Source: Alphaproteobacteria bacterium (GTDB lineage: Bacteria; Pseudomonadota; Alphaproteobacteria; MPNO01; UBA830). From it: 64,000 nucleotides of DNA. The stretch's first letter is position 1. Each line of letters starts with the position of its first letter. The notes beneath the pieces were generated by a model that saw only the letters and a program-made list of their open reading frames with translations, was not told the origin of the DNA and did not search any database. The stretch covers positions 800,001-864,000 of the forward strand of contig OZ219790.1 in assembly GCA_964291215.2 (NCBI GenBank). The letters run 5' to 3'. Made by a program: the position numbers and the translations under genes. Shown piece after piece: positions 29,359 to 38,306 of this stretch.

Positions 29359-30285
29359 ATGACCTTCCATACCGATACCACCGAAACCGCAGCACAGTCC
29401 GCAACCGCGATCGTCTGCGACAACGCCGCTCTCTTCGGCGCAACCCCCGAGCGGGACGAGTTCGACACCCGCGAGGTCTGGGACGAGGACGAGGCCATCG
29501 TCGCCGTCAACGAAGCCTTCCGCATCCTCAGCCAGGGCGTCGCGCCGGACGGATACCAGATGGCAGACGAACGCGAACACCTCCTCTGGGGCTTCGTCAA
29601 CATGCTCCACGCCCAGACACAGCGCCTCGACCGCAGCGTCGACAAGCTCACCCCCGAACTCCAGGACCTCCAGCGCACCCAGGACGGCTCCGAGATCAGG
29701 TCCCTGGAACTGGAACTCGTGACCGACCGCGCACAGTGCCTCACCGCACGCCGCGACGCCTTCGAGACCCTGCGTAACGAGGCCGCCGAAACCTACCGCG
29801 CAGACACCGGCGACACCTGGCGGCCCCGGCGCGGCAGCCACGCCAGCCAGACCGGACATCTGACCTCCGCCGCCATCGACGCCCGCGACTTCGTCCGCGC
29901 CCGAAAGGACCGCAAGACACAGGCTCACCTGCCCCAGGGAACCCTCGTCGCCATCGCAGGCGGAAAGGACATCGCAAACCCGGCGGCGGTCATCGAGCGC
30001 CTCGACAAGGTCCGCGCCAAGTATGCCGACCTCGTCCTCGTCCATGGCGGCGGCCCCGGCGTCGAGAAGATCGCCGCCAGCTGGGCAGAGCGCAACGGCG
30101 TCCACCAGGTCGTCTGCAAGCCCGACTGGGACCGCCACGGACGCGCCGCACCCTTCCGCCGCAACGACGAACTGCTCAACCTCCTGCCGAAGGGCGTCAT
30201 CGCCTTCCCCGGCTCCGGCATCACCGAAAACCTCGTCGACAAGGCCCGCAGCCTCGGCATCCCCGTGCAGCGCTGTGCCGCCTGA
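29359..30285 (+). CDS. DUF2493 (YspA-type SLOG) domain protein
   Basis: LLWGFVNMLH, TGDTWRPRRGS, TSAAIDARDF, VAIAGG, LVHGGGPGVEKIAASWA, AAPFRRND, FPGSGITENL. Confidence 0.88.
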   Translation: MTFHTDTTETAAQSATAIVCDNAALFGATPERDEFDTREVWDEDEAIVAVNEAFRILSQGVAPDGYQMADEREHLLWGFVNMLHAQTQRLDRSVDKLTPELQDLQRTQDGSEIRSLELELVTDRAQCLTARRDAFETLRNEAAETYRADTGDTWRPRRGSHASQTGHLTSAAIDARDFVRARKDRKTQAHLPQGTLVAIAGGKDIANPAAVIERLDKVRAKYADLVLVHGGGPGVEKIAASWAERNGVHQVVCKPDWDRHGRAAPFRRNDELLNLLPKGVIAFPGSGITENLVDKARSLGIPVQRCAA

Positions 30286-30298
30286 CCGCAGCACCTCG

Positions 30299-30339
30299 AC
30301 GGGCCATGTCGTCGCTCCGGCGGCGGCGTGGCCCGTTTT
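30299..30339 (+). terminator. Probable terminator after the DUF2493 gene
   Basis: ACGGGCCATGTCGTCGC / GCGGCGGCGTGGCCCGT stem (with G:U pairs) plus a short T run. Confidence 0.6.
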
Positions 30340-30732
30340 CGTATGCGCACACCGCCCGCCGGACCGCAACGGTCTCCTCGCACCGGCGCTGCGCACCGCG
30401 CTCGTCGGCGAACGCGCCCCGCTCGCCCTGGCCGGCTGCGCCGGCTGCGGGCACCGCCCCGGCTCGCCGCCGCTGCATTCCGTGCCTCGCCGGTGACGGC
30501 TCCGCCGCACACCGCGCTCCGCACCACGCCGTGCAACGCTGTCCGCACAAGTGCGGACATGACCGCCCGAGCCTTCGGCAGCGTGCTGCGCACGACTGCC
30601 TGCACCTCCGGCCGCACAGCCCGCCGCTCACACGCCGCGGCGGCTCCCCTCCGCCGCTCTCGCCGGCGTCGATCCCCCCAACGTCAATGCAGCAAATCAG
30701 GCCGCTTCGGACCGCCCGGGGCGGCCTCGGTT

Positions 30733-30760
30733 CTCACACCCCACTCACCTGAAGGTGAAG
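30733..30760 (-). other. oriT, MOBF-type nic site (predicted nick between 30736 and 30735)
   Basis: Minus strand reads TCACC-TTCA-GGTGA-GTGGGGTGT^GAG: a 5-bp hairpin as in R388 (GCACC-GAAA-GGTGC) followed by the F-plasmid nick core GTGGGGTGT^G. A MOBF relaxase is encoded in the window. Confidence 0.8.
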
Positions 30761-30901
30761 GTATGCCAGGCGCGCGCCTGACCGCTTTCCATTGCGATTT
30801 CAACGCCTCGTGACGACACAGCGTTGTTGGGCCGAGTGTATGTCCGAAGCATACTTGCGTAACACAATCCGTGTTCGACAAACCGTTTCAATGACTTGCG
30901 C

Positions 30902-31023
30902 GCAGTCAATCTGACTGCTCGCCCCGGTTCTCCAAGGTTCGCAAATTTCCTCGATCCCGAGAAGCACTCAGATTGACTGTGCGCTGGGCTACGCCCGCCA
31001 TTGAAAGCAGTCAATCTGACTGC
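30902..31023. promoter_or_regulatory. Three 17-bp palindromic boxes GCAGTCA-ATC-TGACTGC beside oriT
   Basis: Identical copies at 30902-30918 and 31007-31023; inverted variant GCACTCAGATTGACTGT at 30964-30980. Confidence 0.7.
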
Positions 31024-31154
31024 ATGGCCCAAGCGGTCCCCGAGTGCCCGAACGCAGGCGGGCCGATCCCCTTCATGCATCGGCCGCTACGAATCCCGGC
31101 CAGGCTGTCGTACTGTGCGGCGATGGAATCTTGCCGGCAAGGATGCATCGACCG

Positions 31155-31505
31155 ATGGCGGAGACGTTGACGAGGACCATCCGGGTCACACCGGAGCAAT
31201 GGGAGCGGATCGAAAAGACTGCCAGGGATCGCGAGATCTCAGCGAACCGGCTCGTGGTCGAACTCGTCATGGAAGCCATCGACCGCCGTGAATGGCCGCG
31301 TACCGAGCTCGATATCCAGGTCGCGAAGGCTGCGCTGTTCGCCGCCCAGGTCCTGCGGCGCGACCTTATCGCCACCGGTCGCAAGGATGAAGTCGAGGAA
31401 ATTCTGCAGTTCGTTGCCTCATTGCTCCCTGAGTCCGCCGCCAACCTGCCGTCATCGTCAAGCTCGCCGGCGTCACGATTCGATCCGAAACAGGGCTCCG
31501 AGTAG
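31155..31505 (+). CDS. Ribbon-helix-helix protein, putative relaxosome accessory factor (TrwA/TraY-like role)
   Basis: TRTIRVTPEQWERIEKTARDREISANRLVVELVMEAI has the beta-alpha-alpha RHH pattern; adjacent to oriT. Confidence 0.72.
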   Translation: MAETLTRTIRVTPEQWERIEKTARDREISANRLVVELVMEAIDRREWPRTELDIQVAKAALFAAQVLRRDLIATGRKDEVEEILQFVASLLPESAANLPSSSSSPASRFDPKQGSE

Positions 31506-31700
31506 CTTGGCCATTCCTCTCGGGAAGGTCCGCGCGAGAGCACAACCCGCGAATCTCCGCTTGGTCTGCGCCTATCGTCCTGCCTTCGTTCTTCCCAGGA
31601 GCCCGCTGTTTGCTGCTTCCGGATTTGACAATATGTGTCTTTTCCAGAATGGTTTAGCCTGGATCTATACGGTTTTCAGTCAATCGAGGTCGGTGGAACC

Positions 31701-31940
31701 ATGGTATCCGAGGAACCTTGGGTCGGAATCACTGAAGTAGCCGCTCACCTGGGAGTATCCAAAGACACGGTTTACCGCTGGGTCGACACGCACGGTCTGC
31801 CTGCCCGCCGCGTCGGTCGGTTGTTCCGCTTCAGGCTTTCGCAGGTAGACGAGTGGGTCGAGAGTACGGACCATGTGGCTACAAGCCGTAAGTCGGGAAG
31901 GGCGGACATCACAGGACGGAACAGTCCACGCAATGGTTGA
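31701..31940 (+). CDS. Excisionase-like HTH_17 DNA-binding protein, probable regulator of the defence operon
   Basis: WVGITEVAAHLGVSKDTVYRWV...LPARRVGRLFRFRLSQVDEW; overlaps the helicase start. Confidence 0.88.
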   Translation: MVSEEPWVGITEVAAHLGVSKDTVYRWVDTHGLPARRVGRLFRFRLSQVDEWVESTDHVATSRKSGRADITGRNSPRNG

Positions 31941-34900
31941 GCATGCCCTTGCGGCGCGGATCGGGAGCCGCGTGTCTCTCACCGGGCATTTCGACGCTCC
32001 GGTTATCCTTGAAGATGTGCGGCCCTTGGGCGCCAACGGTTCTGCCGGCTACGAGTGCCGCGTCCGTCTGCCGGACGGCGAGCTCGAGGAGGCAGTCATC
32101 ACGCCTGACGAGGCCGTTGAGCTTCTCGGTACGGAAGCGGCACGAGAGAAGGCGGCTCCTCAACCCGCGGATGCGAACCAACTGCGCCTCCTCGTCGAGT
32201 CTGTCCGCATTCGTCTCGCCTACACCTACGACCGGCAGTTCGCGGTGAGCCTTTCCGGCATCAGGACGCTGCCGCACCAGCTTGAAGCGGTCTACATGAA
32301 GATGTTGCCGCAGCCACGTCTGCGGTTTCTTCTCGCCGACGATCCCGGCGCCGGGAAGACGATCATGGCCGGCTTGCTTATCAAGGAGCTCAAGCTGCGC
32401 GAGGCCATCGAACGTTGCCTCATACTTGTCCCCGCGCCCCTGACCATTCAGTGGCAGGATGAGCTGTTGCGCTTCTTCAACGAGCCGTTTCAGATCATCC
32501 ACTCGGCGAACGACCAGCAGCAACTCCTGAATCTCTGGGAGAGGGAGCGCCAGGTCGTCGCATCCATCGATTACGCCAAGCAGGACGATGTCCGCGAGCG
32601 CGTATGGCGGCAGCGGTGGGACCTCATCATCATCGACGAAGCCCACAAATGCAGCGCCTACACCAAGCGCGCATCGGGCCGCGAGGACGAAGTCGAACGT
32701 ACGAAGCGATATCAACTCGCCGAGCGTCTTTCCGAGCAGTGCGACAGCCTGCTGCTGCTGACGGCCACCCCGCATCACGGCGACGACGACCGGTTCGCCC
32801 ACTTCATCCGTCTGCTTGACAGCGACCTGTTCCCCGAACCGCACCGTTTCGGCGAGGCGGCCGGCCGCCTCCGCCGCGAAATCCTCAAGCTCGGCGATGA
32901 CTGCCCGTGGTCGCTTCGTCGGCTGAAGGAAGACCTGAAGGACATGCGGGGCCGCCGCCTGTTCCCGGACCGCCACGTACAGACTGTCAGCTTTGCCCTT
33001 GGACCGGAGGAGTACACCATCTACAGGGCGGTGACGGCCTACATCAACGAGTTCCTGCCGCAGGCGACGGGCCGCCGCAAGAACAGCGTTGCGCTGGCGC
33101 GCACTGTCTTCCAGCGCCGCCTTGCGAGCTCGACGCACGCGATTCATGAGTCACTGCGACGCCGCAGGAAGAAGCTGGATGGCCTGCTCCGCGAACTCGA
33201 GGAGCTTCCTCCCGCACAACGCGCACGCCGTCTTGCCCAACTGCAAGGCCGGCTGTCGGATACGGAACAGGACGAGGACGACCTTGATGAGTCCGCCCGT
33301 GACGTGCTCATTGACGAAGCGACCACCGCCGCCGAGCTGGACCAGCTCCGCGCCGAGCTTTCGGAGCTTGACGATCTTGTGGCTCGCGTCGGGCGGGTTC
33401 GGGAGAGCGGACGCGATTCGAAGCTGGTGGCTCTGCGCGAGTGTGTGCAGCGATCGGAATTCGAGGAGCTGAAGGACGGACGCGGCAAGCTCCTTCTATT
33501 CACCGAACACCGGGACACGCTCGATTATCTGCGCGAGCATCTTGAAGCGTGGGGCTACTCGACTTGCCAGATTCACGGCGGCATGAATCCGCGCGAGCGC
33601 AAGCAAGCCCAGGAGGATTTCCGAACGAGCCGTCAAATCTGTGTGGCCACCGAAGCGGCTGGAGAGGGCATCAACCTCCAGTTCTGCCATCTGATGATCA
33701 ACTACGACCTACCCTGGAACCCGACCCGGCTCGAGCAGCGACTGGGCCGCATCCACCGCATAGGACAGACGCGCGACGTGTACGCGTTCAACTTCGTGGC
33801 GACATCCTCCGAAGATGGCCAGCCGGTGATTGAGGGGCGCATCCTGGAACGGCTCCTCGGCAAGCTGGACCGCATGCGCGAAGCGCTTGGAGACCGCGTG
33901 TTCGATGTCGTCGGCGAAGTGCTCTCGCTGAACAAGGTCAATCTTCCGGACATGCTGCGCGAGGTGGCCTACGAACCGAGACGGCTGGATGACTATCTGG
34001 ACGTGATCGATCGCATCGACCCCGATCTCCTCGGTCATTACGAGGAGGCGACCGGCATCGCCCTGGCGCGCGGGCATGTGGATTTCTCGGCCTTCGCCCA
34101 GGCCAATCTGGAGGTCGAGGAACGCCGGCTCATGCCGCGCTACGTGGAGTCCCACTTCCTGAGCGCAGCAAAGGTCGTGGGTCTTCGCACGGAAGCGAGG
34201 GCGGATGGACTATGGCGGATCGAGCACGTGCGCGCCGATCTCCGCTCTGAACGGCTTGCCGCCGTACGGCGCCTGGGTGCCCCGGATGCGAGTTATCGCA
34301 AGCTGACCTTCTACAAGGAGCATCTCGAACAGGATCAACACCTTGATGCCGTACTGCTCGGCCCCGGCCATGCCGTATACGCTGCGGTCGATGAGAAGCT
34401 CAATGAATTGCTTCACGATGTCGTGGGCCGCATCGCTGTCTATGTCGACCCGATGACTGCGGTGCCGTATCGGCTGCACTTCTACGAAATCACGATCCGT
34501 GGTCAGACGACCAAGGGGGATGCGACGATCATCCATGCTGAGCTTGCAGCCGTGCGTGAGGAGGCCGCCGAGGGCCTGGCCGGCGCCGGGCGGTTCGAGG
34601 TGGTTCCAGCCGACATCCTGATCGACCTTCCGGAACACCCCCATCCCCCGGAGACGCTGCCCGCAACCGACTACGGGCCCGTCAGCGACTACATCAAGAC
34701 CACGGTCCAGATGGAGCGCCGCAGCGCTGCGTGGGACGAACGGAGCCGCTATGCGGATGTCACGCGCGACTATCTCAAGAGGTCTTTCGACGCGCGAGTG
34801 AGGGCCGCGCAGAATCGCGTGATGCGGTTGAAGAGCCGCGAGCCTACCGAGCCGGAAGTAGCGCTTGCCCGGCAGCAGGCGGAACAGAGCCTGGCCGACC

Positions 34901-35487
34901 TCGAACGCACCCGGCAGGAACGCATCACCGGCGTGGACCGCCTCCGCGTAGCCCGTCATGGCCCGGTGCGCCACGTGGCCAGTTGTTTGGTACTTCCTCC
35001 CAACACGGCAATCGACAGCTTCCCGGAACTGGCGGAAGACCAGGATGCGGGGCTGAAACGCCGAATCGAGCTTGCAGCCGAGAACATCGTCGTCGCGCAT
35101 GAAGAGGCCCGAAACCGCGATTGCGAGCGGGTGGGACACCTCAAGATCGGCTTCGACATCCGCAGCCTCGCGGCTCCTGACCCGCAAACCGGATTCCGCG
35201 ACCCGGTTGACGGCGTCAGGCGCATCGAGGTCAAGGGCCGCAGGGCGGGCCACCCGGTCAGGCTCACCACGAACGAGTGGTACAAGGCCCAGCAACTCGG
35301 CGACACCTACTGGCTATACGTAGTGTGGGACCCGCTCGATAACCCGGACGCCGTCCCGTTGATCGTTCGCAACCCAGCCAAGCATCTGGACTACGCGAAA
35401 AGAGAGGTCGTTGCTGCGCGCTATTACGACATTCCGGCGAATGCCGTCGAACAAGCGGCGCAAGATCTCCGGGAGGGCGCCGCATGA
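31933..35487 (+). CDS. SNF2-family helicase with C-terminal DUF3883 (PD-(D/E)xK-like) nuclease domain
   Basis: LADDPGAGKT, IIDEAH, LTATPH, EAAGEGINLQ, WNPTRLEQRLGRIHRIGQ; C-terminal GFDIRS...RRIEVKG...LTTNEW...YWLYVV. Confidence 0.93.
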   Translation: MVEHALAARIGSRVSLTGHFDAPVILEDVRPLGANGSAGYECRVRLPDGELEEAVITPDEAVELLGTEAAREKAAPQPADANQLRLLVESVRIRLAYTYDRQFAVSLSGIRTLPHQLEAVYMKMLPQPRLRFLLADDPGAGKTIMAGLLIKELKLREAIERCLILVPAPLTIQWQDELLRFFNEPFQIIHSANDQQQLLNLWERERQVVASIDYAKQDDVRERVWRQRWDLIIIDEAHKCSAYTKRASGREDEVERTKRYQLAERLSEQCDSLLLLTATPHHGDDDRFAHFIRLLDSDLFPEPHRFGEAAGRLRREILKLGDDCPWSLRRLKEDLKDMRGRRLFPDRHVQTVSFALGPEEYTIYRAVTAYINEFLPQATGRRKNSVALARTVFQRRLASSTHAIHESLRRRRKKLDGLLRELEELPPAQRARRLAQLQGRLSDTEQDEDDLDESARDVLIDEATTAAELDQLRAELSELDDLVARVGRVRESGRDSKLVALRECVQRSEFEELKDGRGKLLLFTEHRDTLDYLREHLEAWGYSTCQIHGGMNPRERKQAQEDFRTSRQICVATEAAGEGINLQFCHLMINYDLPWNPTRLEQRLGRIHRIGQTRDVYAFNFVATSSEDGQPVIEGRILERLLGKLDRMREALGDRVFDVVGEVLSLNKVNLPDMLREVAYEPRRLDDYLDVIDRIDPDLLGHYEEATGIALARGHVDFSAFAQANLEVEERRLMPRYVESHFLSAAKVVGLRTEARADGLWRIEHVRADLRSERLAAVRRLGAPDASYRKLTFYKEHLEQDQHLDAVLLGPGHAVYAAVDEKLNELLHDVVGRIAVYVDPMTAVPYRLHFYEITIRGQTTKGDATIIHAELAAVREEAAEGLAGAGRFEVVPADILIDLPEHPHPPETLPATDYGPVSDYIKTTVQMERRSAAWDERSRYADVTRDYLKRSFDARVRAAQNRVMRLKSREPTEPEVALARQQAEQSLADLERTRQERITGVDRLRVARHGPVRHVASCLVLPPNTAIDSFPELAEDQDAGLKRRIELAAENIVVAHEEARNRDCERVGHLKIGFDIRSLAAPDPQTGFRDPVDGVRRIEVKGRRAGHPVRLTTNEWYKAQQLGDTYWLYVVWDPLDNPDAVPLIVRNPAKHLDYAKREVVAARYYDIPANAVEQAAQDLREGAA

Positions 35488-38306
35488 CGTCCGACGACCT
35501 TCGCCTGATCGAGGATTACCTGCCGCTGGATGTGCTCAATGCCCTCGCGTCGAAGGAGAAGCTGCATCCTCGCCGCTATGTGGAACTGATCCACTACTGG
35601 CCGGCCCGTCGCCCGACCACTGCATGCCGAGCCTCCATCTACGCCGCATTGGCGCCAGCGCCGTGCACCGACGCCGAACGAGACGAAGCCGCATCCTTCG
35701 TGGCGAATCTCGCTGCCTACAATCCCGATTCTGACACGGTTTCCAAGGCGCGCAAGAAGATCAGGGAATTGAACGGCGGACGATCGCCCAAGGTCCTCGA
35801 CATGTTCGCCGGCGGCGGGGCCATTCCACTCGAAGCAGCGCGACTTGGCTGCGAGAGTCATGCCGTGGACTACAACCCGGTCGCCCATTTGATCGAGCTT
35901 TGCACACTCGTTTATCCGCAGTCCTTCGGCGCAAGGCTGGCGGATGAATTCCAGCGTTGGAGCGCCGTGATCCTGGATCGAATGCGCGACGAGGTCGGCG
36001 ATCTCTACCAGCCGATCGAGCTGCCGCAGACCGCAGAGGCCATTCGGCAGCAACCTCAGCAGGACCAACTCTTCGACAACACCGAGTCCGTATCCGGCAC
36101 GCGCGCCGATCCTGTCGCATACATCTGGGCGCGCACCGTGCCCTGCCGCCACCCCGGATGTTCTGCGCCCGTCCCGCTGGTCAGGCAGTCGTGGCTGAGA
36201 AAGAAGGGCGGCGCTATCGCCGCCGTGCCGCGAATCAAAGACGGCAACCGGCTATGTTGGGACATCGTTGCTGGCAACACCGCCCGCGAAGTGTCGCAGC
36301 ACACCGGCCAGACAGGCGCCGGGCAGGCAGCCTGCGTGGCCTGCGGCACCCCGGCGCCCGCCGAGTACGTGAAGGAAATGGCGGTTGCCGGGCGCATGGG
36401 CGAATCGCTCGCTGCCGTCGTGGCCGCACTGCCGCCGAAGAAACCGAAGAGCAAGAAGCGCCACAAGATCTACCTGCCACCGGATGCCGAGTCGGCTCTG
36501 CTACCTGACAACGATGCCTGTCGTCGGCGCCTTGAAGCGCTACTCGTCGAGACGCGCCTTGAGCCTCCGCATGAGCAGATGAACACGACTGACTCAACGA
36601 CTGTGGCGGGGCGTGGATTTGGGATCGAACGATGGCGCGAGTTGTTCACACCGCGGCAACTTCTCGTCCTCTTTACGCTCATCAAGCACATCCGGCGAGC
36701 CCATGCGGAGATGCTCCACCAAGGGTTTTCGGAAGACCGCGCACGCGCATTGACAACCTTCTTCGCTATGGCCTTCGGGCGTTTCGTGATCGCGTTCAAC
36801 AAGTTCTCTCGGTGGCGGTCGGGAACTCAAGCAACGGAGGGGGTTTTTGATCGACAGGCTCTAAAGATGATTTACGATTTTTCGGAACTTAACTGTTTTG
36901 CCGATACGCAAGGATGTTTGCAACTTGCGTTTGAACGCGAGACCTTCTGCATACGGGAACTGGCCAAGATCAAGGAGCCTTGCGTTGTCACTCGGGGAAA
37001 CGCCGAGAAGCTCTTCTACGATGACGAGACATTCGACGCGGTCGTCACCGATCCCCCCTACTACAGCAGCATCTACTACGCCGACCTGTCCGCTTTCTTC
37101 TATGTCTGGTTGAAGCGGATCGTCGGCGACCTCTATCCTGAACACTTCACCCTTTCCTCTCCGCCCAAGCGGCGGGAAGCGGTGGCGCAATCCAGCGAGC
37201 ACGGTGGCGACGCCGAGAAGGCCAAGCAGCATTACGAACGCCTGATGCGCAACGCGCTGGTCGAGGCCCGCCGCGTCCTGAAACCCGGCGCCCCGCTAGT
37301 CTGCGTCTATGCCCACAGGACCACGGAAGGATGGGCGACCCTGATCCGGGCGCTTGTCGGCGCGGGCATGACAGTCACCGAAGCTTGGCCTGTGCAAACC
37401 GAATCACGTGGCCGCGTCAACGCGCTTGGCGCCGCCGCACTCTCCGACAGCATTTTCTTCGTCGCCCGGCGCCGCGAGCAGGCCGCCGTCGGCCGATACG
37501 AAACCGAGGTCGAGCCCGCTCTAGGCGAGATCGCTCGCGAGCGCGTCAAGACCCTGTGGAACGGCGGCAAGGGCATCGGTGGCGCTGACCTCCTGATGGC
37601 AGCCGTCGGTGCCGGTCTGCGCGCCTATACGCGGTTTGCCCGGGTCGACCATGCCAACGGCGAACCGGTTTCTGCCGAGCAGTATCTGCGCGATGTCGAA
37701 GGGGTCGTGCTCGACGTGATGCTCGATGAGGTCTTCGGCCTTCGGGGCGCGGCGGTCACGGCCGTCGATTCCATTACCCGGTTCTACATCTTGTGGCGGT
37801 TCACCTACCGTGAATCGGCCATCGAAGCAGGTGACGCCTACGTCTTCTGCTACCCGCAAGGAATCGAAATCGACGGCCCTGAGGGATTGACAGGCAGCGC
37901 CCCGAAGCTTGTCGAGAAATCCGGTGGCAAGTTCCGCGTGCGAAACTACATCGAGCGCGGGGATGACGAAGCGCTTGGCCTCCCTGCGAATGGCAGGGCC
38001 GCACCGCTGGTCGATGTGCTGCACCGGCTGCTCTACTTGATCGAGAAGCGGCCGGCCGCGGTTCAGGAATACCTTGAAGCATCCCGCCCGAACGGAGAGC
38101 AGCTTCGCCTGGTTGCGCAAGCGTTGTCGGCCCCGATCCTCGGGCGATCGGACGCACTCGATGCGTCGCCAACTGCCGAACTCGGTGCACTCACTCGACT
38201 CAATGCCAACTGGCGAAGCGTCGTCGAGGGAGCCGCGTACGCCCACGAAATGGAGTCGTTGGCAACCGGGCGGCAGGATCTGTTCAGCGGAGACGAATCT
38301 CGATGA
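35484..38306 (+). CDS. DUF1156 adenine-specific DNA methyltransferase
   Basis: IHYWPARRP...RA, VLDMFAGGGAIPLEA.RLG, YIWARTVPC, LFTPRQL, VTDPPYY, YAHRTTEGW. Confidence 0.92.
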   Translation: MTSDDLRLIEDYLPLDVLNALASKEKLHPRRYVELIHYWPARRPTTACRASIYAALAPAPCTDAERDEAASFVANLAAYNPDSDTVSKARKKIRELNGGRSPKVLDMFAGGGAIPLEAARLGCESHAVDYNPVAHLIELCTLVYPQSFGARLADEFQRWSAVILDRMRDEVGDLYQPIELPQTAEAIRQQPQQDQLFDNTESVSGTRADPVAYIWARTVPCRHPGCSAPVPLVRQSWLRKKGGAIAAVPRIKDGNRLCWDIVAGNTAREVSQHTGQTGAGQAACVACGTPAPAEYVKEMAVAGRMGESLAAVVAALPPKKPKSKKRHKIYLPPDAESALLPDNDACRRRLEALLVETRLEPPHEQMNTTDSTTVAGRGFGIERWRELFTPRQLLVLFTLIKHIRRAHAEMLHQGFSEDRARALTTFFAMAFGRFVIAFNKFSRWRSGTQATEGVFDRQALKMIYDFSELNCFADTQGCLQLAFERETFCIRELAKIKEPCVVTRGNAEKLFYDDETFDAVVTDPPYYSSIYYADLSAFFYVWLKRIVGDLYPEHFTLSSPPKRREAVAQSSEHGGDAEKAKQHYERLMRNALVEARRVLKPGAPLVCVYAHRTTEGWATLIRALVGAGMTVTEAWPVQTESRGRVNALGAAALSDSIFFVARRREQAAVGRYETEVEPALGEIARERVKTLWNGGKGIGGADLLMAAVGAGLRAYTRFARVDHANGEPVSAEQYLRDVEGVVLDVMLDEVFGLRGAAVTAVDSITRFYILWRFTYRESAIEAGDAYVFCYPQGIEIDGPEGLTGSAPKLVEKSGGKFRVRNYIERGDDEALGLPANGRAAPLVDVLHRLLYLIEKRPAAVQEYLEASRPNGEQLRLVAQALSAPILGRSDALDASPTAELGALTRLNANWRSVVEGAAYAHEMESLATGRQDLFSGDESR

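Noticed and set aside
31701-31940. True excisionase marking an ICE or prophage end
   Set aside because: No integrase, tRNA or att-like repeat nearby; the gene overlaps the helicase start, which suits a regulator.
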